Positions 1 to 7,640 of a DNA stretch of 7,640 nucleotides are shown piece by piece (within the stretch, counting starts at the first letter, position 1; each line of letters begins with the position of its first letter). The translations under genes were made by a program, and so were the position numbers. This DNA comes from a virus (lineage: Monodnaviria; Loebvirae; Hofneiviricota; Faserviricetes; Tubulavirales), in the IMG/VR virus record IMGVR_UViG_2651869748_000001, positions 1-7,640 of that record; one strand, written 5' to 3'. The notes beneath the pieces are model-generated. The model saw nothing but the letters and a program-made list of their open reading frames with translations. It was not told the origin of the DNA and ran no database searches.

Positions 1-1254
<1,254 letters not shown>

Positions 1255-1334
1255 TCATGAAGACATTCCGCTTCCTCGTTTATTCGCTCACTACGTTCGG
1301 TCATAAACTTGCGGCGAGCGGTATCTCTTCTGTC

Positions 1335-2549
<1,215 letters not shown>

Positions 2550-2912
2550 TTAGCCTCCCGGTATTTTCCCTGATATAAACAAGCGAATATATCGATAAAT
2601 ACGTTCCTTTGAGTGAAAAAGAAAAGAAATAAAATCAGCGGCGATAATGAGATTTGCGCAAAATGTAAAGTTATGGGGTAAATAGCTGAACGCAATAATA
2701 AGGTACCTGTTCATAACAGCAGAAGAAGAAACAGTATCAATAACAGAGTTTGCTGCAAAAATAAAACTTACAGCAAGAGAAATCGACATAAAAAGATACG
2801 TTAATGTACCCGCATAAGAAAAAGCAGAAGGAAACTTATTTCTGAGGAAAGGCAGCAGCCTCCTGAAAATAATAAGCACAAAAGAATAAATGAAATTAAT
2901 AAAAACAACCAT
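2550..2912 (-). CDS. pVI-like minor coat protein (virion tip, hydrophobic)
   Basis: 120-aa very hydrophobic ORF, ATG at 2910-2912 with GAGG upstream. Starts 2 nt after the gIII-like stop and ends 3 nt before the pI start. Size, hydrophobicity and position match Ff gene VI; no sequence-level homology was checked. Confidence 0.6.
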   Translation of the reverse strand: MVVFINFIYSFVLIIFRRLLPFLRNKFPSAFSYAGTLTYLFMSISLAVSFIFAANSVIDTVSSSAVMNRYLIIAFSYLPHNFTFCANLIIAADFISFLFHSKERIYRYIRLFISGKIPGG

Positions 2913-2914
2913 AA

Positions 2915-4222
2915 CTAAACCTCAGCATGACGCATCAGGGCGCGACGATAAACAAAATAAAGACGAAAAACAGTAAGTGCATAAATAAAATATTCCAGAA
3001 CAGGCCTTAACAACAAATCATACGCTGATGAAAAATCGGATGTGTCAACTGTAAAATGTACAGTCCCAATCACCGGAAGATAAAATGAAAAATCAACCTC
3101 AAGTGGCTGAGCCCCATCAGAACGATGATTACCAGGAAAAAATAACTTGTCGAAATCAATAAATAACCACTCCTTAGGTAGCTTATCAATAAACTGAGAG
3201 ATTAAAGAATCATAATCATTTGATGAATCACCCGATTCATTTTTAACAATATCAGACAGCTGGTCATCAAAAGTATTCAGTGAATTATTTACATCAGCCT
3301 GAGAAAAAGAAAAGAAACTATTCAAATCATTCACTGAAACCCAAATACGCTGCAACCAGCCAAGAATATCACCAAGCCAGCCATCGCCGGAGGAACTGCC
3401 ACCGCCTGAGTTACCACCACCTGAGCTGCCGCCGCCTGAGTTACCACCACCTGAGCTGCCACCGCCTGAGTTACCACCACCGGAACTGCCACCACCTATG
3501 CCACCACCGCCAGAACTGCCACCGCCAGAACTGCCACCGCCAGAGCTGCCACCGCCAGAACTGCCGCCGCCTGAGTTACCACCACCGGAACTGCCACCAC
3601 CTGAGCTACCGCCATCCTCCTTATCATCGGAGAATGCAGGATCTACAGCAACTGGTTTCCAGTTGGCAGTACAAACCGTATCATCATCGGGATTACAAAT
3701 AAAAGGATTGCCGGTTGCCTCATAAATACACCCCTGCACATTAACATAACGGGTCCCGTCATCACCTTTATAAACACCAGGAAAAGTCATACCATCAAGA
3801 ACCGGACGAGAAAGACAAATCTCGTCAGTTGGCGGCTTATTATATTCAGGTGTCAAATCCCCCTCACCACCCTGAAAATCAAGAGTGCAGGTTTCCCACT
3901 CTCGCTTCTCTAAATCCCAGACTTTATATGCGGACCACCGGGCATGGACAAAAACCCCAACGGTGGAAGGCGCGCTAGACGAGTCTGATAGCTTACTACC
4001 GCAATAATGAATTATTCCGGAGCACGCGTCGTAACCACTGGAACCACAATAAATATGACCAGCTCCCCTGGCTAATTTAATCGATGCTCCCGCATCTGAA
4101 TAAGCTGTTCTGCAGTTGAAACGGCCAAAACACTGAACAAGCTTATCCGGATCTTCTTTCTCCTCAGCAAAAGAAAGCGAAGAAAAGAACAAAAACAGAA
4201 ACGGAAAAATAAGACGAATCAA
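2915..4222 (-). CDS. pIII-like adsorption / minor coat protein with Gly-Ser linker
   Basis: 435-aa ORF starting with TTG at 4220-4222, 7 nt downstream of AGGAG. Signal peptide (MIRLIFPFLFLFFSSLSFA|EE), Cys-rich N-terminal domain, 76-aa (GGGSS/GGGNS)n linker and hydrophobic C-terminal anchor. Position after the gVIII terminator matches Ff gene III. Confidence 0.8.
   Translation of the reverse strand: MIRLIFPFLFLFFSSLSFAEEKEDPDKLVQCFGRFNCRTAYSDAGASIKLARGAGHIYCGSSGYDACSGIIHYCGSKLSDSSSAPSTVGVFVHARWSAYKVWDLEKREWETCTLDFQGGEGDLTPEYNKPPTDEICLSRPVLDGMTFPGVYKGDDGTRYVNVQGCIYEATGNPFICNPDDDTVCTANWKPVAVDPAFSDDKEDGGSSGGGSSGGGNSGGGSSGGGSSGGGSSGGGSSGGGGIGGGSSGGGNSGGGSSGGGNSGGGSSGGGNSGGGSSSGDGWLGDILGWLQRIWVSVNDLNSFFSFSQADVNNSLNTFDDQLSDIVKNESGDSSNDYDSLISQFIDKLPKEWLFIDFDKLFFPGNHRSDGAQPLEVDFSFYLPVIGTVHFTVDTSDFSSAYDLLLRPVLEYFIYALTVFRLYFVYRRALMRHAEV
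3386..3613. repeat. Tandem 15/30-nt repeat encoding the (GGGSS/GGGNS)n linker of the pIII-like protein
   Basis: About 15 consecutive near-identical 15-nt units (plus strand ctgagttaccaccac / ctgagctgccaccgc and variants) between 3386 and 3613, translating on the minus strand to GGSSGGGSSGGGNSGGG... Confidence 0.9.
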
Positions 4223-4242
4223 GCAAAAACTCCTGAAATGAT

Positions 4243-4266
4243 TAAAAAAGCGCCCCGAAGGGCGCT
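4243..4266 (-). terminator. Rho-independent terminator downstream of the major coat protein gene
   Basis: Minus strand reads AGCGCCC-TTCG-GGGCGCT followed by TTTTTT: a perfect 7-bp GC-rich stem (4249-4255 pairing with 4260-4266), a UUCG tetraloop and a U-tract (4243-4248). It lies 16 nt after the gVIII-like stop and before the gIII-like RBS. Confidence 0.75.
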
Positions 4267-4281
4267 GTCGTTAAATAACTA

Positions 4282-4542
<261 letters not shown>

Positions 4543-4548
4543 TTAAAA

Positions 4549-4719
4549 TTAATTAACAGCATCGCTGAACATCCGGCAGACCAGAGTGAAAATAACACCA
4601 AGACCAAAGCCAAGAAGCCAGCAGACAATCCAGACATACAGAACGGCCCAGTAAAGCTCCCCGTCCTGTACGCCAGAATTCAGTGCGGATAAAACACCGC
4701 TGAAATCAAATTCAGTCAT
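4549..4719 (-). CDS. Small hydrophobic virion protein (gIX/gVII-like)
   Basis: 56 aa from ATG at 4717-4719 (MTEFDFSGVLSALNSGVQDGELYWAVLYVWIVCWLLGFGLGVIFTLVCRMFSDAVN) with one transmembrane-like helix. The ATG overlaps the upstream ORF stop (ATGACTGA), suggesting translational coupling. The ORF track's longer version would need a GTG start at 4750-4752 with no RBS. Confidence 0.45.
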   Translation of the reverse strand: MTEFDFSGVLSALNSGVQDGELYWAVLYVWIVCWLLGFGLGVIFTLVCRMFSDAVN

Positions 4720-4852
4720 AATAACGCTGAACAGTAATGCTTTGTGAGTCACAGGCGCGAATCAGTTTTATTCCGATGCCAAAACCTGAAGAAAATAAAA
4801 TCATTGCAGGCGCAGCAAATAAAACAAAGTTCAGAAAATCAGCGTCAGACAT
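4712..4852 (-). CDS. Small hydrophobic virion protein (gVII/gIX-like)
   Basis: 46 aa from ATG at 4850-4852 (MSDADFLNFVLFAAPAMILFSSGFGIGIKLIRACDSQSITVQRYYD), with AAGG about 8 nt upstream. Begins 5 nt after the stop of the 141-aa ORF. The alternative ATG at 4904-4906 lacks an RBS and would overlap the upstream gene by 50 nt. Confidence 0.45.
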   Translation of the reverse strand: MSDADFLNFVLFAAPAMILFSSGFGIGIKLIRACDSQSITVQRYYD

Positions 4853-4856
4853 ATCA

Positions 4857-5282
4857 TCAGCCTTTTTCTTTACCTGCGGGCAGCGCACCCAGCGGCTGAC
4901 CGTCAAAACGTTTCATGGAGCCGGAAATAAAACGATACCAGACACCATGACGTTCAGAGCCTGTCGACCATGAGTTAACATCCACCGTGAGATAAACAGG
5001 TTTGCCCTGCAAATCAGGACATGAATTAAAAAATTTAAAATCCTCCTCAGTACAGGAAAATCGCTCATGCTCCTCACGGCGGACTTTTAATTTTCGGTCC
5101 TCATACGGATAGGCAATAACAATGGCATATTTGGGTTTAGCCTCAGGGTTATAATGAGAACCCGTGGGCTTTAACTCCTCATCATTTATGACAGTGGCGT
5201 GAATAAAAAATCCCGCCATTGTCATACCTGCAGTAAAACCCTCAGGGGAAGGAAACGGAAAACTGTCATAAATTTGATTCAT
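4857..5282 (-). CDS. Hypothetical protein in the gV position (possible ssDNA-binding protein)
   Basis: 141-aa ORF, ATG at 5280-5282 with GAGGAG 8 nt upstream, starting 30 nt after the rep stop. The CDS call is solid; the function is inferred from position only (between rep and the small coat genes) and I recognise no motif. Confidence 0.6.
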   Translation of the reverse strand: MNQIYDSFPFPSPEGFTAGMTMAGFFIHATVINDEELKPTGSHYNPEAKPKYAIVIAYPYEDRKLKVRREEHERFSCTEEDFKFFNSCPDLQGKPVYLTVDVNSWSTGSERHGVWYRFISGSMKRFDGQPLGALPAGKEKG

Positions 5283-5312
5283 AAATCAGACTCCTCAATG
5301 TTAAAAATTCAG

Positions 5313-7407
<2,095 letters not shown>

Positions 7408-7451
7408 TTTTGAGATGTATGATGAGGTATGAAAAAACAGAGGGGATATAT

Positions 7452-7640
7452 ATGCCAACAAAGCACATAAACGATGTTTTATGGAGAAAGGTAGAGAAAG
7501 AAACTGTAAAAGTGGTAACAACACTGGCAATACCAGTAAAAGATACCAAAGTTTTAGAATGGATAATCGCAAAAGGACTGGAGTCTATAACAGAAGATGA
7601 CTACAGGAAATTTGCAAAGACGGATGCAACAAAAAAATAA
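7452..7640 (+). CDS. Small hypothetical protein, candidate transcriptional regulator of the phage switch
   Basis: 62 aa from ATG at 7452-7454, with GAGGGG 6 nt upstream, ending at TAA 7638-7640 (the ORF track starts earlier at 7410 with a weaker RBS). Divergent from rep, immediately downstream of the operator-like palindromes. AT-rich, lysine/glutamate-rich, and I recognise no family; the regulator role is inferred from context. Confidence 0.5.
   Translation: MPTKHINDVLWRKVEKETVKVVTTLAIPVKDTKVLEWIIAKGLESITEDDYRKFAKTDATKK

Noticed and set aside
3386-3613. Possible CRISPR array suggested by regular short repeats
   Set aside because: The units are contiguous 15-nt coding repeats with no spacers, inside an intact ORF. 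It is a Gly-rich protein linker, not repeat-spacer architecture.
3280-3725. Plus-strand ORFs of 140 and 75 aa with striking low-complexity translations (PPELPPPEL..., HRQNCHRQNC...)
   Set aside because: They are the opposite-strand reading of the Gly/Ser tandem repeat inside the gIII-like gene, so repeat artefacts rather than genes. There is no RBS context, and they lie fully inside a well-supported CDS.
5283-5312. dif-like XerCD site suggested by ATGTTAAAAAT between rep and the gV-position gene
   Set aside because: Only a partial match to one arm of the dif consensus as I recall it, with no recognisable opposite arm or central region. Insufficient to call an att site.
7410-7451. Upstream ATG at 7410 as the start of the small plus-strand gene (76-aa version)
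   Set aside because: No convincing Shine-Dalgarno precedes 7410, whereas GAGGGG sits 6 nt upstream of the ATG at 7452. The shorter form is preferred, though the longer cannot be excluded.

Overview
The window reads as a nearly complete filamentous-phage (Inoviridae-like) genome or prophage module. Nine genes sit on the minus strand in canonical inovirus order, separated by only 2-5 nt or overlapping by 8 nt: rolling-circle Rep (5313..7313), a 141-aa protein in the gV position, two small hydrophobic proteins (gVII/gIX-like), a major coat protein with signal peptide (gVIII-like), a rho-independent terminator, a large Cys-rich adsorption protein with a Gly/Ser tandem-repeat linker (gIII-like, TTG start), a small hydrophobic gVI-like protein, a Zot/pI-like assembly ATPase and a pIV-like secretin. 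Upstream of rep is an AT-rich control region with a consensus-like sigma70 promoter facing rep, an overlapping opposite-strand -10 element, and palindromic CTTAG/CTAAG motifs. A small plus-strand ORF (7452..7640) is transcribed divergently from it and is a candidate switch regulator. The Rep is not the Ff pII type: it carries the Y-x-x-K-Y-x-x-K tyrosine motif of the phiX174/P2 A-protein family. No integrase, CRISPR array, tRNA or rRNA is visible. All functional calls rest on reading the translations, gene order and motifs by eye; no database search was run.
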